From positions 79,501 to 143,500 of the forward strand of contig CAZHJZ010000002.1 of NCBI GenBank assembly GCA_964532495.1: DNA of 64,000 nt, written 5' to 3'. Made by a program: the position numbers and the translations under genes. Below the pieces are notes generated by a model. It was not told the origin of the DNA. It made no database searches and saw only the letters and a list, made by a program, of their open reading frames with translations. Origin of the DNA: an uncultured Candidatus Saccharibacteria bacterium. Its GTDB lineage: Bacteria > Patescibacteriota > Minisyncoccia > Phycocordibacterales > UBA9973. Shown in pieces: positions 9,659 through 19,523 of this stretch. Position 1 is the stretch's first letter, and each line of letters begins with the position of its first letter.

Positions 9659-11185
9659 ATGCCCAAAAAACAAACTACTGAACAGGAGAAGGTCGGCTTT
9701 CTGATCAAGAAGCTTCGCGAACAGCGAGGCATGACTCAGGCGGAATTCGCCAAGGCCCTCAATACCTCACAGAGCGCTGTCGCCCGCATGGAATCAGGCG
9801 GCCAGAACATGACTGTTGAACAGCTCGGCAAAATCAGCGAAGTGCTCGATCACAAGATCATGTCCCTCTCAGACGACTCAGTAGACTTCCAGATCGAAGG
9901 CGGGCGCAAGCTCTCCGGCTCGATCGAAACTAACTTTTCCAAAAACGGTGCAGTGGCGCTTATTCCTGCTGCCCTGCTCAACAAGGCAACTACTACATTA
10001 AATGGTATTCCAAAGATTGAAGAAGTCTTTCGCCAGATCGAACTGATGAAATCTATCGGCGTAGATATTCAATGGGTCAAAGAAAATACCCTCAAAATTA
10101 CTCCGCCGAAACAGTATGACTTCAAAAATATAGACGCAGATGCAGCTAGAAAAATTCGAGTCTCGCTGTATTTCTTTGGCGCACTCGGCAAACAGATTAA
10201 ATCATTTTCACTTCCCCATTCAGGTGGATGCAAAATGGGCAAACGAACTATCAAAGCGCATGAAGTTGGTTTTTCTGAAATGGGTCTCAAGATCAAGACA
10301 ACAGAAACTGAGTATCAGATCTCACATACCAAACTTACTGGACAGGAAATTACTATGTATGAGTCAGGCGATATGGCGACAGTAAACATTCTTTTGCTGG
10401 CTGCTCAGATTCCCGAAGAAACGATCATTCATTTTGCTTCGCCTAACTATATGGTGCAGGATGTCTGTTTCTTTTTGCAGAATCTCGGTGTCAGTATTTC
10501 CGGAATCGGAACAAGCACGCTTCGCATTCACGGCCTCGAGACCATCAGCCAGACTATTGAATACTCAAACAGCGAAGACCCGATTGAATCAATGATGTGG
10601 ATTGCTGCCGGCGTAATGACCAAATCAAAACTCACTATTACTCGCTGTCCGATTGATTTTCTGCGCCGAGAATTGCTGACATTGAAAGATATGGGGCTCA
10701 AATATACCCTTTCAAAAAAGTACCTTTCATATAATGGCAAAACTGACCTTGTTGATGTCACCGTACTTCCTTCAAGCCTGACTGCGGCTGAAGAAAAAAT
10801 CCATGCTGTTCCATTCCCAGGCATTAACAGCGATAACCTCCCTTTCTTTGTACCTATCGCTACTCAAGCCGAAGGAACTACACTCATCCACGACTGGATG
10901 TGGGAAAACCGCGCAATTTACTTTACAGAACTCAATCGTCTTGGCGCAAACATCATGCTTGCCGATCCGCATCGTGCATATGTGAATGGTCCGACAAAGC
11001 TAAAAGGCGCGCAGGTTGTTTGTCCTCCAGCGCTTCGCCCTGCGACGATTATTCTCATCGCAATGCTTGCGGCAGAAGGAACTTCGACGCTTCGAAATGT
11101 ATACTCTATCAAACGCGGCTATGCAGAGATTGCTGAACGATTGAATTCTATCGGCGCAAATATTAAAGTATTGCGGGGAATGTAA
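9659..11185 (+). CDS. murA: UDP-N-acetylglucosamine 1-carboxyvinyltransferase with N-terminal XRE-type HTH domain fusion
   Basis: N-terminal ~70 aa: LREQRGMTQAEFAKALNTSQSAVARMESG (HTH_XRE). Remainder: MurA/EPSP-synthase fold with GGRKLSGSIETNFSKNGAVALIPAALL and active-site GGCKMGKRT. Confidence 0.9.
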   Translation: MPKKQTTEQEKVGFLIKKLREQRGMTQAEFAKALNTSQSAVARMESGGQNMTVEQLGKISEVLDHKIMSLSDDSVDFQIEGGRKLSGSIETNFSKNGAVALIPAALLNKATTTLNGIPKIEEVFRQIELMKSIGVDIQWVKENTLKITPPKQYDFKNIDADAARKIRVSLYFFGALGKQIKSFSLPHSGGCKMGKRTIKAHEVGFSEMGLKIKTTETEYQISHTKLTGQEITMYESGDMATVNILLLAAQIPEETIIHFASPNYMVQDVCFFLQNLGVSISGIGTSTLRIHGLETISQTIEYSNSEDPIESMMWIAAGVMTKSKLTITRCPIDFLRRELLTLKDMGLKYTLSKKYLSYNGKTDLVDVTVLPSSLTAAEEKIHAVPFPGINSDNLPFFVPIATQAEGTTLIHDWMWENRAIYFTELNRLGANIMLADPHRAYVNGPTKLKGAQVVCPPALRPATIILIAMLAAEGTSTLRNVYSIKRGYAEIAERLNSIGANIKVLRGM

Positions 11186-11186
11186 T

Positions 11187-12383
11187 ATGGCTTCTGCAAA
11201 AGCAACATTAATCTTAGGAATAGAAACATCTTGCGATGACACCGGCATCGCTGTTTTGAAAGCAACTGCTGGAAAAACATCTACGCAATTTGAAACACTT
11301 TCGAACGAGCTAAGCTCGCAGACAGAACTCCATCAGCAATACGGCGGCGTATTCCCTGCTATGGCAAAACGAGAACATGCGCGAAATATCGTGCCGCTTT
11401 TTATTGCAGCCCTCGATACCGCAAAGCTTCTCAAAAAACGCAAAAAACAAATTGAAATAAAACCAAAGTTGCTCGAGGCTCTTACAAAACTTCTGACGCG
11501 CGAACTAGAAATGGTAAATAGTTTGGTGGATTTTTATACAAACTACGAAGCCCCAAAAATAGATATGATCGCAGTTACCACAGGTCCAGGTCTCGAGCCG
11601 ACACTCTGGGTTGGCATTAACTTTGCCATGGCGCTTGGACTGCTCTTTGATCTTCCTATCATTCCGACAAACCATATGGAAGGACATATCCTTTCTGTGG
11701 CTATCACAGAGGAAAAGAAATTCAAGATAGACGCCAAAAGTTTCCAATTTCCCATGATGTCTCTGCTTGTTTCAGGCGGACACACTGAGTTAGTCCTCGT
11801 GAAAGACATCGGCAAATATACTATTGTCGGCGCAACCCGCGATGACGCTGCTGGCGAAGCGTTCGACAAGATCGCCCGCATGCTCGACTTACCCTATCCA
11901 GGCGGACCGGAAATTTCTCGGCTCGCACACGAAGGGCGCACTACGCTCGCCTTCTCGGAATTTTCATTTCCTCGTCCTATGATCCACTCTGGTGACTTTG
12001 ATTTTTCTTTCTCGGGACTCAAAACTGCAGTGCTCTATGCGATCCGCGATTTGAACATGGCGCTTTCTGATACTCGGAAGAAAGATATTTCGCGCGAAGT
12101 TGAAGACTCTATCATTGAAGTACTAGTTACTAAAACACTCAAAGCTGTCCAGAAATTTAAAACTAAGGCGATCGTCGTCGGTGGCGGTGTTTCCGCAAAC
12201 CAGCTCCTCCGACAGGAACTGATGCGACGGGGCAAAGAATTCGATCCGAAGATGGAAATCTATTTCCCTACCAAAATCCTTTCTCGAGATAACGCACTCA
12301 TGATCGCCCTTGCTGGCTACATGCTCTCGCTGCGTAAAAAAAAGTTCCCTAAGCCAGTGGCCCAAGGAAACCTAGAACTATAA
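11187..12383 (+). CDS. tsaD: tRNA N6-adenosine threonylcarbamoyltransferase (Kae1/TsaD family), with internal insertion
   Basis: LILGIETSCDDTGIAVL N-terminus, HMEGH metal-binding motif and GGVSAN motif; ~398 aa versus a typical ~340. Confidence 0.9.
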   Translation: MASAKATLILGIETSCDDTGIAVLKATAGKTSTQFETLSNELSSQTELHQQYGGVFPAMAKREHARNIVPLFIAALDTAKLLKKRKKQIEIKPKLLEALTKLLTRELEMVNSLVDFYTNYEAPKIDMIAVTTGPGLEPTLWVGINFAMALGLLFDLPIIPTNHMEGHILSVAITEEKKFKIDAKSFQFPMMSLLVSGGHTELVLVKDIGKYTIVGATRDDAAGEAFDKIARMLDLPYPGGPEISRLAHEGRTTLAFSEFSFPRPMIHSGDFDFSFSGLKTAVLYAIRDLNMALSDTRKKDISREVEDSIIEVLVTKTLKAVQKFKTKAIVVGGGVSANQLLRQELMRRGKEFDPKMEIYFPTKILSRDNALMIALAGYMLSLRKKKFPKPVAQGNLEL

Positions 12384-12505
12384 AACGCCGTTTGACAAAA
12401 TTTCTGTACTTGCTATAAAGAATATATGTATCGAGGTATCAACAACATTGTCGTGGTGGTCAACCTTTCGTTTGAAAGCTGATCTTTGCGTTGATATCCA
12501 CTCAA

Positions 12506-12540
12506 AACAAACACCAGCCTTCAAACAGCTGGTGTTTGTT
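12506..12540 (+). terminator. stem-loop (13-bp stem) downstream of tsaD, probable terminator
   Basis: aacaaacaccagc / gctggtgtttgtt perfect inverted repeat. Confidence 0.45.
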
Positions 12541-12590
12541 CATTAAAAGATACATACCGCCTTTTCTCGGCTGGCACCCGAATTCACCCG

Positions 12591-12941
12591 TTGAGTAAGA
12601 CACGTGAGATCTTACATATTCTCTTAAAATTTAATACGCACAACATGACAACTCAAAAAACAGATCTTAACAAAGAAAACAAATTACACGAAGTAAAAGC
12701 GAACGACTACCGCGAAACAGTAGAAATGAAGGACACTTCCGGACATACAGCGATTGGCTGCTCATGCGGCTTCCTGCATCCGGTAGATACTAACCAATCT
12801 GTTGATACTAACTTAGGTTACAACAAAGAAACAAAACAATTCGAACGCTTAGTATCACACGAAGAAAAATTACTTTTCTCTACAAACTATCAAAAAGCAA
12901 TTGCAACACAAACCGGCCCATATCTGGGAGAAAAATTATAA
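12591..12941 (+). CDS. hypothetical small protein (stand-alone unit between two terminators)
   Basis: 116-aa ORF; no motif recognised; strong terminator at 12962-12992. Confidence 0.3.
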   Translation: MSKTREILHILLKFNTHNMTTQKTDLNKENKLHEVKANDYRETVEMKDTSGHTAIGCSCGFLHPVDTNQSVDTNLGYNKETKQFERLVSHEEKLLFSTNYQKAIATQTGPYLGEKL

Positions 12942-12961
12942 AACACTATCAATGCCCTGTA

Positions 12962-12992
12962 ACGGCTCCCTCACCCTGGGAGCCGTTTTTTT
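12962..12992 (+). terminator. rho-independent terminator (ACGGCTCCC/GGGAGCCGT + T7)
   Basis: 9-bp GC-rich stem followed by tttttttt. Confidence 0.65.
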
Positions 12993-13033
12993 ATGCAGAT
13001 TGAAAAAAACCTTATAAATGCTATATTATCCCT

Positions 13034-15202
13034 ATGGAAAACCCTCCCAACATACCTGAGAAATTTCTCAAACCTTACGACCCATCATCAGTGGAAAAAG
13101 CCATTTACAAGCTCTGGGAAGAGAGCGGTTTTTTTAACCCTGATGTTTTGATTGAAAAAGGCATCATTACCGAAGACGCAAAGCCCTTCACTATCATCAT
13201 GCCTCCTCCTAACGCTAACGGCCGCCTCCATGCTGGTCACGCGCTTTTCGTAACAGTTCAAGACATTATGACCCGCTTCAACCGCATGCGTGGAAAGCGA
13301 ACATTATGGGTGCCTGGAGCTGACCATGCTGGATTTGAAACGCAGATCGTATACGAGCGCAAACTTGAAAAAGAAGGCCGCTCACGTTTTGAAATGCCGC
13401 CAGAACAACTCTATAAAGAAATTTATGACTTCACTATGGAAAGCAAGCAGTTCATGGAAGACGATGTTCGCCGCCTTGGTGCATCATGTGATTGGACGCG
13501 AGAAAAATTCACCCTTGATCCTGAAGTAGTGAAAGTCGTTCAGCAGACATTCGACAAAATGTTCAAGGACGATCTCATCTATCGCGGAGATCGCATCGTA
13601 AACTGGTGCTCAAAACATCAGACTTCCCTTTCAGATGTGGAAACAGAATTCTTAGAGAAGAAAGATCCTTTGTACTACCTCAAATACGGACCATTTACTA
13701 TTGCGACAGCTCGACCTGAAACAAAATTCGGCGACAAGTATGTTGTCATGCATCCTGAAGATTCTCGGTACGCACAATACCAAGATGGGCAAAAAATTGA
13801 TCTTGAATGGATCAACGGACCGATTTCAGCTACGATCATTAAAGATGATGCTATTGATATGGAATTCGGAACTGGTGTCATGACGATCACCCCATGGCAC
13901 GATCAGACTGACTTTGATATTGCTATGCGACATAATCTCGACAAAGAACAAGTTATCGACTGGAAAGGAAAACTCCTTGCCATTGCGGGAGAATTTGAAG
14001 GACAGTACATCACCAAAGCTCGACCGCTCATCATTGAAAAGCTTGCCCAGAAAGGATTGGTTGAAAAGATCGATGAAAACTATGTTCACAACGTCAAAGT
14101 GTGCTACAAATGCAACACGACTATCGAGCCTCAGATCAAAGACCAGTGGTTTGTGAAAATGCGACCGCTTGCCGACCGAGCTCTCGAGGCTGTAAACGCA
14201 GGCAAGATCAAATTCATTCCTGACAACTACGAAAAAATCTTCCGTTACTGGATGGAAAATACTATCGACTGGAATATTTCTCGCCAGATCGTTTGGGGTA
14301 TTCCTATTCCTGCAAAGATCTGTGAAGTTTGCAAAAAAGGCTATTCGGATCTTGAAGACAAACTCACAACCTGTGATTGCGGCGGCATGCTTCGCAAAGA
14401 CACAGATACATTCGACACATGGTTTTCCTCAGGCCAATGGACACTTCTTGCGCTCGGCTATCCAAACTCAAAAGATGTCGATATCTATCACCCAACTTCA
14501 GTAATGGAAACCGGCCGCGATCTTATTTTCAAATGGATCCCTCGTATGGTTATCTTCGGACTCTACCTCAAGAACGAAATCGCTTTTGAAAACGTGTATC
14601 TGCATGGAATGGTAAACGATGAAAAGGGTCAGAAAATGAGTAAATCAAAAGGAAATGTCATCAACCCTATTGAACTCTGCGACCTCTATAGCGCTGACTC
14701 GCTCCGCATGGGACTTGTTGTTGGAAATACTCCAGGCACTGATCTTTCCCTTTCAAAAGACAAGATCAAAGGTTACAAGAACTTCTGCAACAAGATCTGG
14801 AACATAACTCGCTTTATACTTTCAAGCACAGAGAATGTAACTTTGGATGCATCATTTTCTGCTTGGAGCGAGCGGGACAAAGTATTGCATGACGAATTCA
14901 TTGCCTTCAAGTCTGAGATTACAAAAGAATACGAAGAATTTAAATTCCATCTTGTTTCTGAAAAACTATATCACTATGCATGGCACACACTCGCCGATGT
15001 CATCCTTGAAGAAAGTAAAAAAGTATTCACCGAAGGAACTGCGGAAGAAAAAGCTTCTCGAGCACAGTTCCTGCTTTCAACGCTGTATGATCTCTTGAAA
15101 ATGCTCCACCCGCTCATGCCGTTCGTTACTGAAGAAATCTGGAGTTCCCTCGAAACCGATGGTCGGCTCCTCATGGTAACTGCTTGGCCTTCCAAGGATT
15201 AA
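13034..15202 (+). CDS. valS: valine--tRNA ligase (class I, compact 722-aa form)
   Basis: HIGH motif PPPNANGRLHAGHA and KMSKS motif KMSKSKGN; N-terminal region aligns with E. coli ValRS (TLWVPGADHAGFETQ, DLIYRGDRIVNW). Confidence 0.85.
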   Translation: MENPPNIPEKFLKPYDPSSVEKAIYKLWEESGFFNPDVLIEKGIITEDAKPFTIIMPPPNANGRLHAGHALFVTVQDIMTRFNRMRGKRTLWVPGADHAGFETQIVYERKLEKEGRSRFEMPPEQLYKEIYDFTMESKQFMEDDVRRLGASCDWTREKFTLDPEVVKVVQQTFDKMFKDDLIYRGDRIVNWCSKHQTSLSDVETEFLEKKDPLYYLKYGPFTIATARPETKFGDKYVVMHPEDSRYAQYQDGQKIDLEWINGPISATIIKDDAIDMEFGTGVMTITPWHDQTDFDIAMRHNLDKEQVIDWKGKLLAIAGEFEGQYITKARPLIIEKLAQKGLVEKIDENYVHNVKVCYKCNTTIEPQIKDQWFVKMRPLADRALEAVNAGKIKFIPDNYEKIFRYWMENTIDWNISRQIVWGIPIPAKICEVCKKGYSDLEDKLTTCDCGGMLRKDTDTFDTWFSSGQWTLLALGYPNSKDVDIYHPTSVMETGRDLIFKWIPRMVIFGLYLKNEIAFENVYLHGMVNDEKGQKMSKSKGNVINPIELCDLYSADSLRMGLVVGNTPGTDLSLSKDKIKGYKNFCNKIWNITRFILSSTENVTLDASFSAWSERDKVLHDEFIAFKSEITKEYEEFKFHLVSEKLYHYAWHTLADVILEESKKVFTEGTAEEKASRAQFLLSTLYDLLKMLHPLMPFVTEEIWSSLETDGRLLMVTAWPSKD

Positions 15203-15205
15203 TCC

Positions 15206-15955
15206 ATGAATCCAGGCTTCATCCAAAACCCAGGAACATTCATCTTTGCTCTTGTCAGCGGAACACTTCCGTCTGTTATTTGGCTGTGGTATTGGATCAA
15301 GGAAGATGACATCAAGAAACCTCCTCTCGGACTTGTAGCCCTCACTTTTATTACTGGAATGCTAGCCGTGATACTTGTCGTTCCTCTTGAAAAATTCATG
15401 GAAGCTCACTTTCATAATCAGCCAACGTTGATAGTCGCATGGGCTGTTTGTGAAGAAGCGCTGAAGCTTGGAGCATTTGGAGTAATAGCTTGGGCTTCCA
15501 AATATTGTGAGGAGCCGATCGACTATCCCGTGTACTGTATGACAGCGGCACTTGGTTTTGCTGCACTTGAAAACACTATGTATCTTATTAAGCCGATCGG
15601 CATGCAAGATACAACTGTTACGCTTCTCACAACCAACCTGCGCTTCCTTGGTTCAACATTGCTTCACTCGATTACAACTGGCTTTGTGGGATTGATGATG
15701 GGATTGGCTTTTTTCCAGACCGCATCGATACGTTTTTTCTCACTTGTTGTCGGCTTTGCACTCGCCGTAGGCTTGCACTCAGTCTTTAACTTTTTTATAA
15801 TGAAAAACAACGGAGAAAATTTCCTGCAAGTGTTCGCTGTTCTCTGGGTAGTATCCATTATCAGTATTCTAGTTTTTGAAAAGGTTCGTCGTATGAGTGA
15901 AGCAATGTATGTAAGCAGCATACAAGCAGCTCTTCCAGCGGCAAAAACTTTTTAA
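15206..15955 (+). CDS. PrsW-family intramembrane metalloprotease
   Basis: Polytopic membrane protein with the PrsW signature motifs EEALKLG and GFAALENTMY. Confidence 0.65.
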   Translation: MNPGFIQNPGTFIFALVSGTLPSVIWLWYWIKEDDIKKPPLGLVALTFITGMLAVILVVPLEKFMEAHFHNQPTLIVAWAVCEEALKLGAFGVIAWASKYCEEPIDYPVYCMTAALGFAALENTMYLIKPIGMQDTTVTLLTTNLRFLGSTLLHSITTGFVGLMMGLAFFQTASIRFFSLVVGFALAVGLHSVFNFFIMKNNGENFLQVFAVLWVVSIISILVFEKVRRMSEAMYVSSIQAALPAAKTF

Positions 15956-15968
15956 ACAATCACACACC

Positions 15969-16466
15969 ATGCCTAAAAAACGATCTTTCTTCGAGCGGCT
16001 CACTGGAAGCGTCAATCTTGAAGATGATTTTGAAGAAACATTTGAAGAGCCGGCTATTGAGAAAAAAAATATGTTCCACGGCATCAAGCAGGCCGAGAAA
16101 AATGAAAAGGAGGAATGGATGAACGAAGAAGCAGAAGAAGGCCAGCTCTCAGTCGATGTTTACCAAAACACCAATGATATCTATGTTGAGACAATGGTAG
16201 CAGGCGTTCGCCCTGAAGATCTACACATTACTATCACTCGGGACATGATCACCATTCGCGGCAAGCGAGAACAGGCACGAACAGTAAACGATGAAGATTT
16301 CTTTACTCGCGAATTGTACTGGGGTTCATTCTCTCGAACCATTTCCCTTCCGGCTGAAGTTGAAGCCGAAGAAGCAGATGCTATCGAGAAGCATGGATTG
16401 CTTGTGATCCGACTTCCGAAAATAAACAAAGACAAGCAGACAAATTTGAAAGTGAAGTCTGTATAG
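15969..16466 (+). CDS. Hsp20/alpha-crystallin family small heat-shock protein
   Basis: Alpha-crystallin domain pattern: LSVDVYQ...YVETMVAGV...ITIRGKRE...GSFSRTISLP...GLLVIRLPK. Confidence 0.85.
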   Translation: MPKKRSFFERLTGSVNLEDDFEETFEEPAIEKKNMFHGIKQAEKNEKEEWMNEEAEEGQLSVDVYQNTNDIYVETMVAGVRPEDLHITITRDMITIRGKREQARTVNDEDFFTRELYWGSFSRTISLPAEVEAEEADAIEKHGLLVIRLPKINKDKQTNLKVKSV

Positions 16467-16475
16467 TACAAAAAA

Positions 16476-16514
16476 TAAAAAACCATCTGACATATCAGAT
16501 GGTTTTTTATTTTC
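16476..16514. terminator. bidirectional intrinsic terminator (CCATCTGA/TCAGATGG, A-run/T-run)
   Basis: Sits between the convergent Hsp20 (+) and gdh (-). Confidence 0.65.
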
Positions 16515-16541
16515 GAATACAATTTCCTAAAGATCTATACT

Positions 16542-17768
16542 TTAATAGCCCATCGCCTTTTCGAGTCGCTCGAGCGCAACAACGAAGGCAGCGCGTCGAA
16601 GATCTGTTTTGAGTTCTACGGATTTTTCAAAGATAGTCAGTGCTTCCTGTTCCATTATCTTAGTAAGTTTTTCAAACACTTGCTCTTCGGTCCATTTTTC
16701 GTTCTTAAGATTCTGTTCCCATTCAAATGTAGAAACGGTTACTCCGCCAGCATTTGCTAGAATATCAGGCACAACTGGAATTCCTCGTTTGTAGAGAATT
16801 TCATCTGCTTCAGGAGTGGTTGGACCATTCGCGAGTTCAAGAACTACTTTCGCTCGAACGCGTTCCGCGTTCTCGCCAGTAATTTGGTTTTCAAGCGCAG
16901 CAGGTATCAGCACGTCGCATTCAACTTCCAAAAGTTCTGCATTCGTAACTGTCCGTGAACCGGGGAATCCTGCGAGTGTTCCGTTAGCTTTTTTGTAGGC
17001 TTCGAGCTCTTTCACATCAATGCCGTCTTCTTTTACAATACCTCCCTTTGAATCCGAAGTGGCGATGAGTTTATATCCATGAGTAGTAAAAATGTCCGCT
17101 GCATGGCTGCCAGCGTTTCCAAATCCTTGAATCACCATTGTTGCGCCATCTTGGATATTGAACTTTGAACGGAGAACATTAAAAACATAGTAGCCGCCTT
17201 GTGCTGTTGCAGTACCCCGGCCTTGTGATCCGCCGTTTGCAATTGTCTTGCCAGTCACAACTGCGCCTGTCGCATCACCGGTGATCTGCTTATATTCATC
17301 AGCGATCCAATCCATAATCTGCGGAGTAGTATTCACATCAGGAGCCGGAACATCTTTCTGTGGTCCAAGAATATCTGCAAGAGCGCGAGTCCATCCTCGG
17401 CTGAGGGCTTCAAGTTCCTTTGGTGAAAGCTTCTTTGGGTCTACGGTAACGCCACCTTTTCCACCTCCCATAGGGATGTTTACAACTGCGCATTTGAGGG
17501 TCATCCAAAAGGCCAAAGCTCGAACTTCATTAATGTCTGTATCCTGGTGGTACCGAATACCTCCCTTATACGGACCTCGAGCATTGTTATGTTCCACTCT
17601 GTAACCTTCAAAAACGACCGTGGTGCCATTATCCATGATTACTGGTATAGATATCATTACTTCGCGTGCTGGGCGCGAAATACGGGCAATAAAGGCCTCA
17701 TTGAACTGCTTAAGGGCGGTTGCGCGCTCGAGCTGCTTGAGGGCGTTCTCAAATGGGTTGTGTTGCAT
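16542..17768 (-). CDS. gdhA: NADP-specific glutamate dehydrogenase (start at internal MQHNPF; ORF extends to 17876)
   Basis: GDH signature KGGIRYHQDTDINEVRALAFWMTLKCAVVNIPMGGGKGG and Rossmann motif GFGNAGS. Confidence 0.9.
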   Translation of the reverse strand: MQHNPFENALKQLERATALKQFNEAFIARISRPAREVMISIPVIMDNGTTVVFEGYRVEHNNARGPYKGGIRYHQDTDINEVRALAFWMTLKCAVVNIPMGGGKGGVTVDPKKLSPKELEALSRGWTRALADILGPQKDVPAPDVNTTPQIMDWIADEYKQITGDATGAVVTGKTIANGGSQGRGTATAQGGYYVFNVLRSKFNIQDGATMVIQGFGNAGSHAADIFTTHGYKLIATSDSKGGIVKEDGIDVKELEAYKKANGTLAGFPGSRTVTNAELLEVECDVLIPAALENQITGENAERVRAKVVLELANGPTTPEADEILYKRGIPVVPDILANAGGVTVSTFEWEQNLKNEKWTEEQVFEKLTKIMEQEALTIFEKSVELKTDLRRAAFVVALERLEKAMGY

Positions 17769-17829
17769 ATCGACAAGTATACTCCTCTCACTGGAGGCCA
17801 CAATATCTGGACAAAATTCTAATCCATGT

Positions 17830-17864
17830 TTGAAAAAGCAGCGGAACGCGAAGCGTTCCGCTGC
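17830..17864 (-). terminator. intrinsic terminator for upstream minus-strand gene (12-bp perfect stem gcagcggaacgc/gcgttccgctgc followed by T-run on minus strand)
   Basis: Perfect palindrome read directly; the T-run follows on the minus strand. Confidence 0.6.
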
Positions 17865-18113
17865 AAGAGTCACCATTCAATCAGGGGTGTACACGAAATG
17901 TCATTCGAAAGGGCAATTCCCCTTCTTTTGAATGCGGACATACGAGATAGATACAGTACTGGAATAGAACCATAAGAATAATAGTTCTCATAAAAAAGAA
18001 ACAGCGGAGCGCAAGTATTTTCATATGCAAAATTTTAGATGAATTTTATATTCATCCTACAAATCACCGATGAACAAACGATGAAGCAAATCTAAAATTG
18101 TATATATGCTCTC

Positions 18114-18830
18114 TTATTCAATATCAGCGACAATCGCCATGTGGTCGCTCACGCCGCTTATCAAGCGGACATTCTTTGCGACATATGTGGGCGTAGTAAA
18201 AAGTCCATCCACCATGCGCTGCAATCCTGGTACTCGATGTAGTTCCTGATCCAAACTTGTTGTATATTTTTCCGGAATATTATCCTTATATCGTTCAGCC
18301 AATTTCGCAAATGCCGCTCTTCCTCGCGGTGCATTGAAATCTCCAGCGAGAATGAACTGCCCGATTTTATCAAGCGCAAGGAACATGCTGTCGATATCGC
18401 GTAATTGGTAGTCGGTCACTTCGCCGTTAGGTGTCCATGCCGCATGCGTCGTTGCAACTTTGAATTTCACATCATTGATTTCTATAACGCATGAGAGCAC
18501 TGCACACTGGACAAGAAGATGCGTATCATATCCCATGTGAGGATCCATGACGGTTACCTGTTCCTCCGAACCGGCATAATACTGCTTGAGAATATCTTTC
18601 ATTTCATATTTTGAAAAAATTCCCAGACCCATGAGTTTTCCCGCATGAGAAAATGTGTCATAGACCATTGGAACAAAATATCCCTTCATTCCGACTTCCA
18701 ACCCAAAGAATGTGAAATCTTCGAGCAAGATCTCCTGCACGCAGATAACATCGGGCTTCTCGATGCGCACAAACGGAATGACGCGATGAAGATGTTTGTT
18801 TCCTTCAATATTTACTGAGATGAGTTTCAT
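18114..18830 (-). CDS. endonuclease/exonuclease/phosphatase (EEP) family protein
   Basis: N-terminus KLISVNIEG...DVICVQE and C-terminal SDHMAIVADI, typical of the EEP fold. Confidence 0.7.
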   Translation of the reverse strand: MKLISVNIEGNKHLHRVIPFVRIEKPDVICVQEILLEDFTFFGLEVGMKGYFVPMVYDTFSHAGKLMGLGIFSKYEMKDILKQYYAGSEEQVTVMDPHMGYDTHLLVQCAVLSCVIEINDVKFKVATTHAAWTPNGEVTDYQLRDIDSMFLALDKIGQFILAGDFNAPRGRAAFAKLAERYKDNIPEKYTTSLDQELHRVPGLQRMVDGLFTTPTYVAKNVRLISGVSDHMAIVADIE

Positions 18831-18920
18831 ACTGCAGTAGAATATATTTTTTATGAAGATTTAGCAAGAATGGGTATTTAAATACCAATCATCAGTTGAC
18901 CCATTAGATATCAATAAAAC

Positions 18921-19280
18921 TCAAAAAACATTATTTTTCAACTCTTTATATAACTTATTATATTCTTTTTCGCCTTCTTTTGTAGCTAAAAACCAATACC
19001 ATGTGTGTGAGTCAATATTCTCTACTTTTAAGGAATTGATTACTTCTTTCCTGAGACGACTTTCGTCAAGTTGGACTTCTTGGTAACTTCGGTTGTTAAT
19101 AAATTTATATTCTGTTGGAAAAATTTTCTTTTCTTTTACCAAATCAACTACAACTTCAGCTATACGATTAGCTTCAGCCTCCGTTCTTTCTTGCTCATTA
19201 CCCCAAAACTCCCATGAACCATATTCACTTTCAGAGCATACTTCAAGTATATTGAATTGTATTTCTTTTTTATTGATCAT
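18921..19280 (-). CDS. hypothetical small protein, possible orphan immunity protein of the Rhs locus
   Basis: 119-aa ORF in a very AT-rich cassette downstream of the rhs gene; no motif recognised. Confidence 0.4.
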   Translation of the reverse strand: MINKKEIQFNILEVCSESEYGSWEFWGNEQERTEAEANRIAEVVVDLVKEKKIFPTEYKFINNRSYQEVQLDESRLRKEVINSLKVENIDSHTWYWFLATKEGEKEYNKLYKELKNNVF

Positions 19281-19523
19281 CGTAAGCTAAGAAGACTTTT
19301 TCGTCTTTCCAAATTTGAATGATATCAAGCGGATGAAAAACTACTTCGTCTCATGACTTTACAGCTTTGAGAAGTTTTTCTCAGTAAAGATCATCGTCCA
19401 AAATCCCTGTCCATTCAGCTGAATCTTGTTGCTTTGTAATTTTAACCCACTTTCTTTCAGCACCTCACCTTCCACTTCTACTAGAAAATGATTTTTACGA
19501 GCTCCTATGGAATTACTCAGTTT

